NCBI GenBank assembly: GCA_001791305.1
Contig: MGEI01000004.1
Coordinates: 61,101-125,100 of the forward strand
Direction of reading: 5' to 3'
DNA: 64,000 nucleotides
DNA from: Candidatus Uhrbacteria bacterium RIFCSPLOWO2_01_FULL_47_17
GTDB taxonomy: Bacteria > Patescibacteriota > Patescibacteriia > UBA9934 > GWF2-40-263
Shown here: in pieces, positions 26,453-35,179 of the stretch
Layout of the letters: the number at the start of each line of letters is the position of its first letter
How positions within the stretch are numbered: position 1 is the stretch's first letter
Translations under genes and position numbers: made by a program
The notes under the pieces: model-generated
Databases searched by the model: none
Seen by the model: the letters and a program-made list of their open reading frames with translations, nothing else
What the model was told of the DNA's origin: nothing

Positions 26453-27614
26453 CTTCTAGATTTGCACTTTCATTCTTAATCAATTGTCCGCATGCGGCGT
26501 CGATCTCGGAACCTTTCGAGTAACGGATCGTGTACGTCACACCGTTCTTTTCGAGAACATGTCCGAACGCTTCGATCGTTTCCGCTTCACTCGATGTGTA
26601 GCCACTTTCCGTAAAATTGAATGGGATGAGGTTTACGCGAATTTTTCCAATGCGGTTCACGAACACCGCGAGTTGCTTTGCGGCGGGAAGAGAATCGTTT
26701 ACACCTTTCAACATCACATATTCAAACGTAAGGTGATGGCGGCGGTTGCCGAATTTTTTCAAGTATTTGCGTGTCCATTCGTCGAGCTTTGGAAGGAACT
26801 CGTCGTAGGATGTTTTGACGATCTCTTTTCGAACCTTTGTATCCGCACTGTGAAGAGAAACAGCCATGCGCACGTGCGGCCATTCTGCGTCCGTCAGGAT
26901 TTGCTCGAGACGAGGCAAGATGCCGACGGTCGAGACCGTGATGTGTGTGAGTCCAATGTCGGTCTGCGCGATAATTGTATTCAAACTTGCTTTTGTGTTT
27001 TCATAGTTCGCGAGCGGCTCACCCATGCCCATGTACACAATATTACTGATGCGACCGTGATCAACAACGCGCGGCGTTTCTGTTTGTGCCGAGTCTTCCT
27101 CTTCTTCGTCATCAAGCTCGAAGGCGTCTTGTTGTTTTGGTGCTGGTTTCGAGGAACCCTCGCTCTTTGTAATCTCTGGATGGTCTTTCAAAAAATACTT
27201 CCACAAACGGATTTGGTCGACGATTTCATCCGTATCGAGGTTTCGAGTCAGTCCCATTTTTCCGGTCGCGCAGAACGAACAGGCCATGGCACAGCCGATC
27301 TGAGTCGAGACACAGATGGTCCATTGCTCGCGGCGGTTTTTCATGAGGACCGTCTCGATATACTTGTCGCCTTCGACTTTCACGATAGCCTTGAACGTTT
27401 CTTTTTTGGAATCATTCTGGATCAATTGTGTTGTAAGCGAAATGAAGGGAACGTCCGCTTCGAGTTTTTCGCGCATGTCTTTTGGCAACGTCGAAACATC
27501 CGCCCAAGAGCGAACAGAGACATCAAACAATGCGGTTTCAACTTGCTTCAAGCGAAACGCTTTCATGTCCGGAAAGAGGGATTGGATTTTTTCAGCTCGT
27601 GAAATATAGGACAT
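26439..27614 (-). CDS. rlmN: 23S rRNA (adenine2503-C2)-methyltransferase RlmN (radical SAM) with acidic insertion
   Basis: CxxxCxxC (GCAMACSFCATG), MGMGEP; ~35-aa Glu/Asp-rich insert (DDEEEEDSAQTETP); start taken at MSYISRA because upstream codons are the GC hairpin. Confidence 0.85.
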   Translation of the reverse strand: MSYISRAEKIQSLFPDMKAFRLKQVETALFDVSVRSWADVSTLPKDMREKLEADVPFISLTTQLIQNDSKKETFKAIVKVEGDKYIETVLMKNRREQWTICVSTQIGCAMACSFCATGKMGLTRNLDTDEIVDQIRLWKYFLKDHPEITKSEGSSKPAPKQQDAFELDDEEEEDSAQTETPRVVDHGRISNIVYMGMGEPLANYENTKASLNTIIAQTDIGLTHITVSTVGILPRLEQILTDAEWPHVRMAVSLHSADTKVRKEIVKTSYDEFLPKLDEWTRKYLKKFGNRRHHLTFEYVMLKGVNDSLPAAKQLAVFVNRIGKIRVNLIPFNFTESGYTSSEAETIEAFGHVLEKNGVTYTIRYSKGSEIDAACGQLIKNESANLEEKLP

Positions 27615-27785
27615 AGATGGGGTTACCCCTCTCCCTTCCGAGGGGGAGGGCATGGGTGGGGGTATTATTCACCGCAGAATGCCCGAAAAACTTGAATCCG
27701 TCAAAGAATCGATTGACAAACATTCATTTTTGGCGTATCGTTGCGTTTCAGAATCGTTCATTTGACCCAAAACGGAGCGTTCTCA

Positions 27786-28045
27786 TGAAGCGTGTTTCCA
27801 CTTTGATCCTGATCCTTGCGATCCTCGGTGTGATCGGTGATTGCATCGGCATCTACAATGGCGGCATCAATCTTGATCGGCACATCCCGTTTCTGCTTCC
27901 GGCTGTGTTCCTCTTGTTCTGGTTCATGCTCGCATGGGCTGAGAACCGCCCAACAAATCGTTTGCAGAGCGAAACTCCCGCAAACGACGACGGGATTCCA
28001 GAGCACGCAAGAATGCGCGCAAACACCCCTGACGGTCTCGGCTAG
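27786..28045 (+). CDS. Small two-TM membrane protein
   Basis: MKRVSTLILILAILGVIGDCIG…; GGAG upstream; upstream TTGACA-like box at 27708. Confidence 0.4.
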
Positions 28046-28134
28046 TTTCTCAACCCTGAACATCTCGTTCAGGGTTTTTCTTTGCCAACAAAAAAAATCC
28101 TCCGGCACATAGCCAGAGGATTTTTTTTGTTGCG

Positions 28135-29934
28135 TTATGCAACTCCGTGTTTCTTGCGTTCAAACTCTTTCAAATATTTTTTGCGGATACGAACCGTCTT
28201 TGGTGTTACCTCGACCAATTCGTCGTTGTCGATGTACTCAAGAGCGCGCTCGAGCGTCATGTCGAGTGCTGGTGTTAATTTCACGGCCATGTCTGCTCCG
28301 GCGGAGCGCATGTTGGTGAGTTTCTTTTCGCGGATGGCGTTTACCACTATGTTGTCCTTCATGGACATTCCAATCACCATTCCTTCATACACTTCTGCTC
28401 CTGCTCCAACGAAGAGAACTCCGCGAGCTTCAAGGCCTTCAAGAGCGTAAGGAGTTGTAATGCCATCAAATCCATTAATGATGGATCCTGTTGAGCGGCG
28501 TTCGATCTCACCTTTGTATTCGCCATAGTGTGCGAATTGGTGAGAGAGCGTTCCTTCGCCTTTTGTACTTGTAACGAATTCAGATTGATATCCGAGGAGT
28601 CCACGTGTTGGAATATGGTATTCAAGACGTGTGTTTCCGTTTTCGGATTGCATGTTTAACATTTCACCGCGGCGTTTTCCGAGTTGTTCAATAACAATTC
28701 CCGCGAGTTGGTCTGGAACATCCACAACCACAATCTCGATCGGTTCTTGTTTTTGTCCGTTTACTTCTTGGAAAATAACGCGTGGTTGAGAAACTTGAAG
28801 TTCAAATCCTTCGCGACGCATCTGCTCGATCAAAATCGACAAGTGCATTTCTCCACGACCACTGACCGTAAAGACGTCCGCCGTGTCCGAGAATTCAATT
28901 TTCATTCCGACGTTGACTTCGAGTTCTTTCAAGAGTCTTTCTCGAATTTGTCTCGAGGTAACTAATTTTCCTTCGCGTCCAGCAAACGGTGAGTTGTTCA
29001 CCATGAAGTCCATTTTCAAGGTAGGCGCATCGATGGCAATACTCGGCAACGGTTCTGCAGTTGCGCTTTCGGCGATAGTGTCCCCAACGTAAATGTCTGG
29101 GATTCCCGCAATCTGCACAATGTCTCCCGCTTCTGCCTCTTGGACTTCAATCTTGTTCAATCCTTTGTTGGTAAGAAGTTTTGTAATTTTATTTGTCTTG
29201 CGTGTTCCGTCTGGCGTAATAACCGTAACGGTCATTCCAGCGCGAACCGTTCCTTCGTAGATGCGTCCAACCGCGAGGCGGCCGATGTAAGAATCATACG
29301 CGAGGTTTGCGGGTTGCATGCGCATGGGAACAGATGTGTTGTTTTGTGCTGGGGGAACCGTTTTCAAAATGAGATCAAAAAGAGGTTGAAGATCTTTGGA
29401 TTCGTCCGTAAGTTCCATCTTTGCAATCCCTTCACGGGCAATCGCGTAAATATGTTTGAAGTCGAGTTGCTCATCGGTGGCTCCGAGTTCGACGAAGAGA
29501 TCGAAAATCATGTTGAGCACAACATCTGGACGCGCCGATGGTTTGTCGATTTTGTTGATGACAACAATCGGCTTGAGTCCGAGCGCGAGCGACTTGCGAA
29601 GCACGAACTTGGTTTGCGGCATTGGGCCTTCATAGGCGTCAACGAGAAGCAAAACAGAGTCCACCATGCGCAGAACGCGTTCCACCTCTGAACCAAAGTC
29701 TGCGTGGCCTGGAGTGTCCACAATGTTGATTTTTGTGTCGCCAATTTGAATGGCGGTATTTTTTGCGTAAATGGTAATTCCACGCTCTTTTTCAAGTTCG
29801 TTTGAATCCATCACACAAACCTCAATAACGTCACGTTCATTGAACGTTCCGGATTGTTTGAGCATGGCGTCCACAAGCGTGGTCTTACCGTGGTCAACGT
29901 GAGCGATAATCGCAATGTTTCGAAAGTCTTTCAT
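28135..29934 (-). CDS. typA: Translational GTPase BipA/TypA
   Basis: [31 protein letters not shown]… near-canonical BipA N-terminus; 599 aa. Confidence 0.9.
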   Translation of the reverse strand: MKDFRNIAIIAHVDHGKTTLVDAMLKQSGTFNERDVIEVCVMDSNELEKERGITIYAKNTAIQIGDTKINIVDTPGHADFGSEVERVLRMVDSVLLLVDAYEGPMPQTKFVLRKSLALGLKPIVVINKIDKPSARPDVVLNMIFDLFVELGATDEQLDFKHIYAIAREGIAKMELTDESKDLQPLFDLILKTVPPAQNNTSVPMRMQPANLAYDSYIGRLAVGRIYEGTVRAGMTVTVITPDGTRKTNKITKLLTNKGLNKIEVQEAEAGDIVQIAGIPDIYVGDTIAESATAEPLPSIAIDAPTLKMDFMVNNSPFAGREGKLVTSRQIRERLLKELEVNVGMKIEFSDTADVFTVSGRGEMHLSILIEQMRREGFELQVSQPRVIFQEVNGQKQEPIEIVVVDVPDQLAGIVIEQLGKRRGEMLNMQSENGNTRLEYHIPTRGLLGYQSEFVTSTKGEGTLSHQFAHYGEYKGEIERRSTGSIINGFDGITTPYALEGLEARGVLFVGAGAEVYEGMVIGMSMKDNIVVNAIREKKLTNMRSAGADMAVKLTPALDMTLERALEYIDNDELVEVTPKTVRIRKKYLKEFERKKHGVA

Positions 29935-29999
29935 AGTGGCGAAAGGATACCCAAAAAAAGAGGCACTGTCAATGGGACAACGCCTCTTTTCCGTTCTGA

Positions 30000-30791
30000 T
30001 CAATTTTTTGCGAGCACGGCAGGTTCTTCTGTTTTTTCCGATTTCTTTTCTTGTGCCTCAAGACGGCGTTTAATTTCCTCTTGTGTCATACCTGCGAGAG
30101 CGTAGGCGCGTGCAAGGTTGATGCGCTCAATGTATTGTTTGAGTTTGTCTTGAAGTTCCATAAGGTCTCCCGCAACAACGATGGGCGGAATAAACGCTTG
30201 AACATCAGGATCTGGAATCATTTCAACGGTTTCATTTTCTGGATGGAAGACGAGCGCAAGAAAAGAAGCCCACTCTTCATCAGATATCGTGTCAATGTTT
30301 ACGTTAAATGCGGGGTTCTCTTCTGTTCCTGTATTCTCAGACGTTAGACCGAATATATCTGATGGAATGTCCTCATCAAGACCAGAGTGTCTGCGTCTGT
30401 CTGTGCACTTGAGATGTAACTTGCTAAATAGATCAACGACGTACGCTTTTGCGTTATCCAACTTGAGATACGGATTTATTTTTGGACGTTCAGCAACCTC
30501 TGGAGGTTTTTCGGGAAGGCCTTTGAGGATTGGGAGATCAAGTTGTTTCGGAAGATCCTCAATTTCACGTGCCGCGCGCGCCATGTCTGTTTCCGGTGTT
30601 GCGTGTGCCTCATCGACCTGTTCGTCCGGTGTTTTCTCGAGAGAGCTCGAGTCTCTTGTAGGTTCTTCGGAAATTTCCTCAGATGGTTTCACGATTGCCA
30701 CCGGAGCCTCCTCATTCGAGACCATTCTTTCCATCCCAAACAAACCCGCCGCGGCAAGTCCCAATTTCGTAAGTGTGTGTTTATAGCTCAT
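30000..30791 (-). CDS. Hypothetical secreted/anchored protein, acidic low-complexity N-terminus
   Basis: Start at MSYKHTLTKLGLAAAGLFG (signal-like); remainder of ORF-track extension lacks a start context. Confidence 0.45.
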   Translation of the reverse strand: MSYKHTLTKLGLAAAGLFGMERMVSNEEAPVAIVKPSEEISEEPTRDSSSLEKTPDEQVDEAHATPETDMARAAREIEDLPKQLDLPILKGLPEKPPEVAERPKINPYLKLDNAKAYVVDLFSKLHLKCTDRRRHSGLDEDIPSDIFGLTSENTGTEENPAFNVNIDTISDEEWASFLALVFHPENETVEMIPDPDVQAFIPPIVVAGDLMELQDKLKQYIERINLARAYALAGMTQEEIKRRLEAQEKKSEKTEEPAVLAKN

Positions 30792-30832
30792 ATGGAAGTA
30801 GTGTAGCAGGGGAATGGAAAATAAAAAACCGC

Positions 30833-31462
30833 CTAGTTTCTGGCGGTTGAGTCTTCGGGAAAGAATTGTTTGTAGATGACCTGCGCGGTAATGAGCTGTT
30901 CCACGAGGCTGCCGTGAATGAACATGGGGTGTTGGTTGAAGCGATCGTATCGCGGAAGTGTCTTCATGGTTCCGACGATGATTTCGTAGCCGTTTTCTCT
31001 CATCCAATCTTCCCAGATCAGAATTTCTGCGGCTTGGTCTTGTGTGCGTACGTGCGCGAGGGTCGCTTCGCCTTCCGGCGTAATATAGAGAAGGAGCGCG
31101 GCGTCTCGTTCGCGCTCTTCAAGCGATTGGGTGCGAGCGTAAATACGACCTTGCTCAAGTGGAACCGTGGTTCCGGGTTTCGTGATGTCGCGGACGTTTT
31201 TGAGGAGGGCAAATTGTTCTTCAATCAAGCCTGCGCCGATTCCGTGAACCAATTGTGGTTCGTTTCGAGATTGGGTGTCGATCATCTCCGCCATGAAGAG
31301 CTTCGCAAGACGAAGTTCATCTTTGAAAGAGAGTCGCCAATCGCGCGCAATGAGAGCGATTTGTTCGGCGCTCCAGCAAAAAATGCCGTGCAGGGTGTCT
31401 TTTCGATCTTTTCCGAGCAAGAATGTTCCCATCGGATAAACATGCGCATTCACGAGTTGCAT
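30833..31462 (-). CDS. Hypothetical protein, paralog A of an FCWS-motif family (paralog B at 34073-34711)
   Basis: Shares G-x-FCWS-x-x-QI, HGIGAGLIEEQF/EGTVAGKIAQQF and C-terminal blocks with the 34073 gene. Confidence 0.5.
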   Translation of the reverse strand: MQLVNAHVYPMGTFLLGKDRKDTLHGIFCWSAEQIALIARDWRLSFKDELRLAKLFMAEMIDTQSRNEPQLVHGIGAGLIEEQFALLKNVRDITKPGTTVPLEQGRIYARTQSLEERERDAALLLYITPEGEATLAHVRTQDQAAEILIWEDWMRENGYEIIVGTMKTLPRYDRFNQHPMFIHGSLVEQLITAQVIYKQFFPEDSTARN

Positions 31463-31514
31463 ACGGCCTCCTCGAGTCGGTAAACAGACGTTATCAGATT
31501 GGTGGAGCGTGTCA

Positions 31515-31548
31515 AAAAGAAAAAACCGCTCACGTGGGTGAGGCGGTT
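31515..31548 (-). terminator. Intrinsic terminator (AACCGCCTCACCCACGTGAGCGGTT + U-run), member of a 3-copy similar-terminator set
   Basis: Hairpin overlaps stop of 31547 gene; motif AAAAAACCGCTCACG shared with 32205 and 32490 copies. Confidence 0.55.
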
Positions 31549-32176
31549 AAGGGGAGTCGAGCGAGGCGAGGGTGATGCGCGCGCGCTTGAGCTTGTTGCG
31601 CACGGAGCGAAGCGTGAGGTCTGCGTCGCGGATGTCGCGCAGGCAGTCAGCAATGAGGACGTTTTCGTAATGCAGGCGAATGCCCGGCATGATGTTTGGT
31701 TTCATGAGCGTGAGGCGATATGCGCTAAGACGATTTCGAATGGCTGCAACGTGACGCTTGTTCGATACGATCGCCTGTTCAAGATCCGCAACATATTGCG
31801 TGCAAAATTCCAGATTCATTCGACGAGCCGCGCTCGACACTTCTTTTTGCGTGGGGAGGGCGAAGGTGAGTTCGACTTGCGTAACGCCATGAGTGATTTC
31901 GTACCGATCCGTCAGTTGCTTGACCATCTGACCCACATCAACACCAGAACGAAATCGACCGATCGCCGCGTTTTCGAGCATGGCAAGGTTCAGGATCAAT
32001 CGATCGCTTTTCCCACCGTTCCACAAGCGTAGATCAAAATCCGCAGGGTGAATGTGCGCCACAAGAAACTGATGCCCCCTCTTGCCACCACGATTCGGAG
32101 CCTGCACAACCAGAACCATGTTTTCTGACATGTCCGCACCTCCCATGAAAGAACGAGACACAAAAGAGTACCGCAA
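31547..32176 (-). CDS. Hypothetical protein (possible start at MSENMV, 32131)
   Basis: 209-aa ORF; no recognisable motif. Confidence 0.4.
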   Translation of the reverse strand: MRYSFVSRSFMGGADMSENMVLVVQAPNRGGKRGHQFLVAHIHPADFDLRLWNGGKSDRLILNLAMLENAAIGRFRSGVDVGQMVKQLTDRYEITHGVTQVELTFALPTQKEVSSAARRMNLEFCTQYVADLEQAIVSNKRHVAAIRNRLSAYRLTLMKPNIMPGIRLHYENVLIADCLRDIRDADLTLRSVRNKLKRARITLASLDSP

Positions 32177-32204
32177 AAAACCGAATCTGTCAATCGGTAG
32201 CGAA

Positions 32205-32240
32205 AGAAAAAACCGCTCACGAGTGTGAGACGGTTGAAAA
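32205..32240 (-). terminator. Intrinsic terminator after minus-strand tRNA pair (AAAAAACCGCTCACGAGTGTGAGACGGTT family)
   Basis: Hairpin + U-run on minus strand directly 3' of tRNA-Lys. Confidence 0.5.
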
Positions 32241-32243
32241 AAG

Positions 32244-32317
32244 TACGCCTTGAGGGAATTGAACCCACGACCAACAGATTAAAAGTCTGCTGCTCTACCA
32301 AACTGAGCTAAAGGCGC
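32244..32317 (-). tRNA. tRNA-Lys (anticodon TTT)
   Basis: rc: GCGCCTT acceptor, anticodon loop CTTTTAA, T-loop TTCAATT; 74 nt, CCA not encoded. Confidence 0.85.
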
Positions 32318-32342
32318 GACTGTCGAGCGTGTCTCGACACGG

Positions 32343-32415
32343 AGCTGGCGAAGGGAGTTGAACCCGCAACCTGCTGATTACAAATCAGCTGCTCTGCCAA
32401 TTGAGCTACACCAGC
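32343..32415 (-). tRNA. tRNA-Thr (anticodon TGT), second copy
   Basis: rc: acceptor GCTGGTG/CGCCAGC (G1-C72, C2-G71), D-arm GCTCAATTGGCAGAGC, anticodon loop TTTGTAA; 19-bp palindrome TGTCGAGCGTGTCTCGACA lies between the two tRNAs. Confidence 0.75.
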
Positions 32416-32442
32416 GGCGTCATCCAAGTTGAATGACCGAAT

Positions 32443-32471
32443 AAGATACTCGTTTTTTAGGATTTTGTCAA
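32443..32471 (-). promoter_or_regulatory. Promoter TTGACAAAAT…-N17-TATCTT driving the minus-strand tRNA-Thr/tRNA-Lys pair
   Basis: rc = TTGACAAAATCCTAAAAAACGAGTATCTT; ~17 nt upstream of tRNA 5' end. Confidence 0.5.
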
Positions 32472-32489
32472 GCTTTTGGTTGTGGAGGT

Positions 32490-32519
32490 AAAAAAACCGC
32501 TCACGAGGGAGACGGTTTA
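32490..32519 (-). terminator. Intrinsic terminator overlapping NUDIX gene stop (AAAAAAACCGCTCACGAGGGAGACGGTT family)
   Basis: Third member of the similar-terminator set. Confidence 0.5.
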
Positions 32520-33290
32520 GGAACGGAAAATTTGCTTGATGACGATGTGGTGAGAGGCAACAAAGTTTCGACCTGGGTTCAGGGCTTCTTGGAACCAGAG
32601 GACGTCCAGGAATTCGTGTCGCGTCAGGATCACGCCAACGGACTCTGCTGTGTCTCCTTGGTAGGCAACGCTTTTCACAAATCGATCGAACAGATCGTTT
32701 GGGAGGCTGAGCACAAAGATCGAGCACACGTACGTTTCGGGCCACTGGATGGAATAGAGCGTGAGGTCATCGATGTGTTTCAGTCCATGAAGACATTTTG
32801 CGACTTCATGATGACGGATCTCTTCCAAGAGTTCGCGGTAGGCGGCGGGCAAAACGTCTTCGCCAACATGGGGAGATCCACCAAAGAGGGAATACTTTCC
32901 TTGGCATTCCGTATTCGGATGCTTCAAGTCTTTGCGTTGCAAAAGCATGGCCGAACGATCTTCATTGCAAATGACGATCGTAACCGCACGCGCGTGGTCG
33001 TCTGGTGCGTTTCCGAACTTCATCCAAGACTCAACAGCCAGACGAACTTCCTGAGAAACTTCGTCTAAGACCATGCAGTTTACGAGCGCGGTTTCAAGAG
33101 CACCGCAGTACAAGCGATTCTGCTCGGATCTGAGTTCGAGTCCGGCACAGTCTGTTGGATCAAGATCAAGCACGCGAAACACCCAAGCGTTGGGTGGTTC
33201 TTTCTCGTGCGACTTTTGTTCACCGAGTTCTAAGATGCGACGCATGTCGATGTCCTCCTGTTTGTGATCGACAAGGGATTTAAACAGCAA
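32517..33290 (-). CDS. NUDIX hydrolase
   Basis: Nudix box GGSPHVGEDVLPAAYRELLEEI (G-x5-E-x7-REUxEE). Confidence 0.65.
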   Translation of the reverse strand: MLFKSLVDHKQEDIDMRRILELGEQKSHEKEPPNAWVFRVLDLDPTDCAGLELRSEQNRLYCGALETALVNCMVLDEVSQEVRLAVESWMKFGNAPDDHARAVTIVICNEDRSAMLLQRKDLKHPNTECQGKYSLFGGSPHVGEDVLPAAYRELLEEIRHHEVAKCLHGLKHIDDLTLYSIQWPETYVCSIFVLSLPNDLFDRFVKSVAYQGDTAESVGVILTRHEFLDVLWFQEALNPGRNFVASHHIVIKQIFRS

Positions 33291-33358
33291 AACGGTTTTG
33301 TGTCAACGAAAAACACCCAGGCTTTTTGAGCGAGGATGTTGGAAGAAGGGTTGATCGA

Positions 33359-33679
33359 TCAGAGGACGTATGTGTCTTCGAACGATGCGTGTACCGCGTG
33401 CAGGGTGGTTGAACCCGGCAGGCTGTATGTGATGACGTAGACGGTCACGAGATGTCGACCGTTTTGTTCGCCATGCACGGACACGCGCGCTTCGACGAGG
33501 CAGACGCCGTTGATCACGACGTAGTACACGGTGCGGTCGCCCGACATGCGTGTTCCGTCCGTGATCGCGTACTCGAGTCCGTCGAGACGCTCGAGGCTCG
33601 GAATGACGTGCTCGCTCACCTGTGCCTTGAGGGCGCGGAGGGCGAGCTGCTGCAAGCGGCTGAAACCAGATTCGGACAT
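33359..33679 (-). CDS. Hypothetical protein in GC-rich islet 2 (106 aa)
   Basis: AAGGAGAG SD before ATG; local GC ~60%. Confidence 0.4.
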   Translation of the reverse strand: MSESGFSRLQQLALRALKAQVSEHVIPSLERLDGLEYAITDGTRMSGDRTVYYVVINGVCLVEARVSVHGEQNGRHLVTVYVITYSLPGSTTLHAVHASFEDTYVL

Positions 33680-33726
33680 GTGACTCTCCTTGTGGGGTGC
33701 GCTGTTGTGGAAGAACTAGTTCCTTA

Positions 33727-33900
33727 CTAGCTCTTCGGGATCAGGAAACCGGAAACGCGGCCGAGAGTGCTGCCGATCGTGCTTACGCGTTCTTGCAGAC
33801 CTTCGGACGCGAGAGCGACGAAGGCGCTGAGGATTGCGAGGAAGCCGACCGAGAGGACGACCGTCAGGATGATCCAGGCGATTTGGTATGCCGTACGCAT
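33727..33900 (-). CDS. Small two-TM membrane peptide in GC-rich islet 2 (57 aa, MRTAYQIAWIILTVVLSVGFLAILSAFVALASEG…)
   Basis: GGAGGCAAATTC-ATG SD; ORF-track 90-aa version is 5'-extended. Confidence 0.4.
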   Translation of the reverse strand: MRTAYQIAWIILTVVLSVGFLAILSAFVALASEGLQERVSTIGSTLGRVSGFLIPKS

Positions 33901-33957
33901 GAATTTGCCTCCAAATGGATGAGTTGGGAAAGAAACGGAACCATGAATTAACCAACA

Positions 33958-33986
33958 ATAATAGCACAAAAAGGCGATTTTGTCAA
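33958..33986 (-). promoter_or_regulatory. Promoter TTGACAAAAT…-N17-TATTAT for GC-rich islet 2
   Basis: rc = TTGACAAAATCGCCTTTTTGTGCTATTAT; ~45-nt leader then SD. Confidence 0.5.
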
Positions 33987-34035
33987 CCTCTGCACCCATC
34001 CGTCGCTAAAGCTATGGAGGGTGATTCATCGGGGC

Positions 34036-34064
34036 GATGAATCAAAAAACAGCCATTTTGTGGC
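34036..34064 (-). terminator. Intrinsic terminator of FCWS paralog B (AACAGCCACAAAATGGCTGTT + U-run)
   Basis: Hairpin 34038-34062 with A-run on plus strand. Confidence 0.55.
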
Positions 34065-34072
34065 TGTTGAGC

Positions 34073-34711
34073 TTAGGAGGCTTCGGATGTAAGAATCGCG
34101 TGGACAATGATTCCTGCAATGAGAAGCTTGATGATATCGCCTTGAACGAGTGTTGGAACATCAAGGTCGTCGTCACCCATGACTGGCAGATGCTGAAGGA
34201 AACTTTGCCATGTGGTGCGTTGATCGTCACCGATCCAGGAGAAAGAAAGAACCGTGAGGCCTTGAAGTTGATTGCGTATAATCACCATGTTTGGTGTTCC
34301 ATTCGGGTCCGTGTAGTACATGATCGCGTTTTGATGTGCTTTGTCGGAAGCATCAATGAAACAGCCGACGATACGCGCGGGCGGAGGGGGTGGAAGCTCC
34401 GTGAGCTGTTTTCCCGCTCCGATTTCAAACAGATTCGTGATGACCTCGAATTGTTGTGCGATTTTACCCGCGACGGTTCCTTCGATGAAGATCGGTTGAC
34501 GCGTATGCGTTTTTGGAATCACGGCATATTGAGGATCGCACAAATCCACCGCGATTCTTGTTGTTTGTTGAACGGGTATGGACCATGTCTCCATTGCGCG
34601 ACAAATTTGATCGCCGCTCCAGCAGAAGGCACCGGCCCAACGCTTGGTGGTTTGATCAAACGCAGCAAGATACGAGCCGGCAGAATGAACAAAGATGGCT
34701 TTCAGTTCCAA
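34073..34711 (-). CDS. Hypothetical protein, paralog B of the FCWS-motif family
   Basis: AGAFCWSGDQI…; chosen over the overlapping + strand ORF 34037..34792 on homology to 30833 gene. Confidence 0.5.
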   Translation of the reverse strand: MELKAIFVHSAGSYLAAFDQTTKRWAGAFCWSGDQICRAMETWSIPVQQTTRIAVDLCDPQYAVIPKTHTRQPIFIEGTVAGKIAQQFEVITNLFEIGAGKQLTELPPPPPARIVGCFIDASDKAHQNAIMYYTDPNGTPNMVIIRNQLQGLTVLSFSWIGDDQRTTWQSFLQHLPVMGDDDLDVPTLVQGDIIKLLIAGIIVHAILTSEAS

Positions 34712-34817
34712 GATTCACCTCCCCGAATGAACGAAGAACAAAGAATAAGACAAATGTTGAAAATCGTCAATAACAAAACACCTCGCCCATGAGCAAGGTG
34801 TTTATTTTTTGTGAGGA

Positions 34818-35099
34818 TTACGCCGCCTTGTTTTCCATTGGACGTGCAATGGAAATCGCGATTGGGCGTCCTTGAAAATCTTTTCCATCCAAGCCGGCAA
34901 TGACTGCCAAAGCTTCTTCGTCAGAAGACATTTCCACAAAGCCGAATCCGCGACTCTTGCCTGTGAATTTATCTGTGATAATACGAGCTGAAACGACTGT
35001 TCCGAATTCGCCGAATGCGGCACGAAGGTCATCTTCCGTTGTTTTCCAAGGAATGCTACCCACGAAAAGCTTGTTGTTCATAATAGAAACAAGACACAA
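34818..35099 (-). CDS. RNA-binding protein (single RRM domain)
   Basis: RNP-2 LFVGSI and RNP-1 RGFGFVEM. Confidence 0.8.
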   Translation of the reverse strand: MCLVSIMNNKLFVGSIPWKTTEDDLRAAFGEFGTVVSARIITDKFTGKSRGFGFVEMSSDEEALAVIAGLDGKDFQGRPIAISIARPMENKAA

Positions 35100-35179
35100 T
35101 AATTAAGGCACCGTCCTATTGTGACTAACAGGGCTGGTAAGGAATAGAATGCCACAGATAAAAGAGAGGTGCAAGGCGC

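Noticed and set aside
32343-32415. Alternative identity for the second minus-strand tRNA (e.g. Met/Ile)
   Set aside because: The only 5-bp anticodon stem (GCTGA/TCAGC) gives the loop TTTGTAA, so the anticodon is TGT. G1-C72/C2-G71 fit Thr identity, and it is kept as a second tRNA-Thr(TGT).
34037-34792. 251-aa plus-strand ORF overlapping the 34073-34711 minus-strand gene
   Set aside because: The minus-strand product is homologous to the 30833 gene (FCWS family); the plus-strand product has no similarity to anything recognised.
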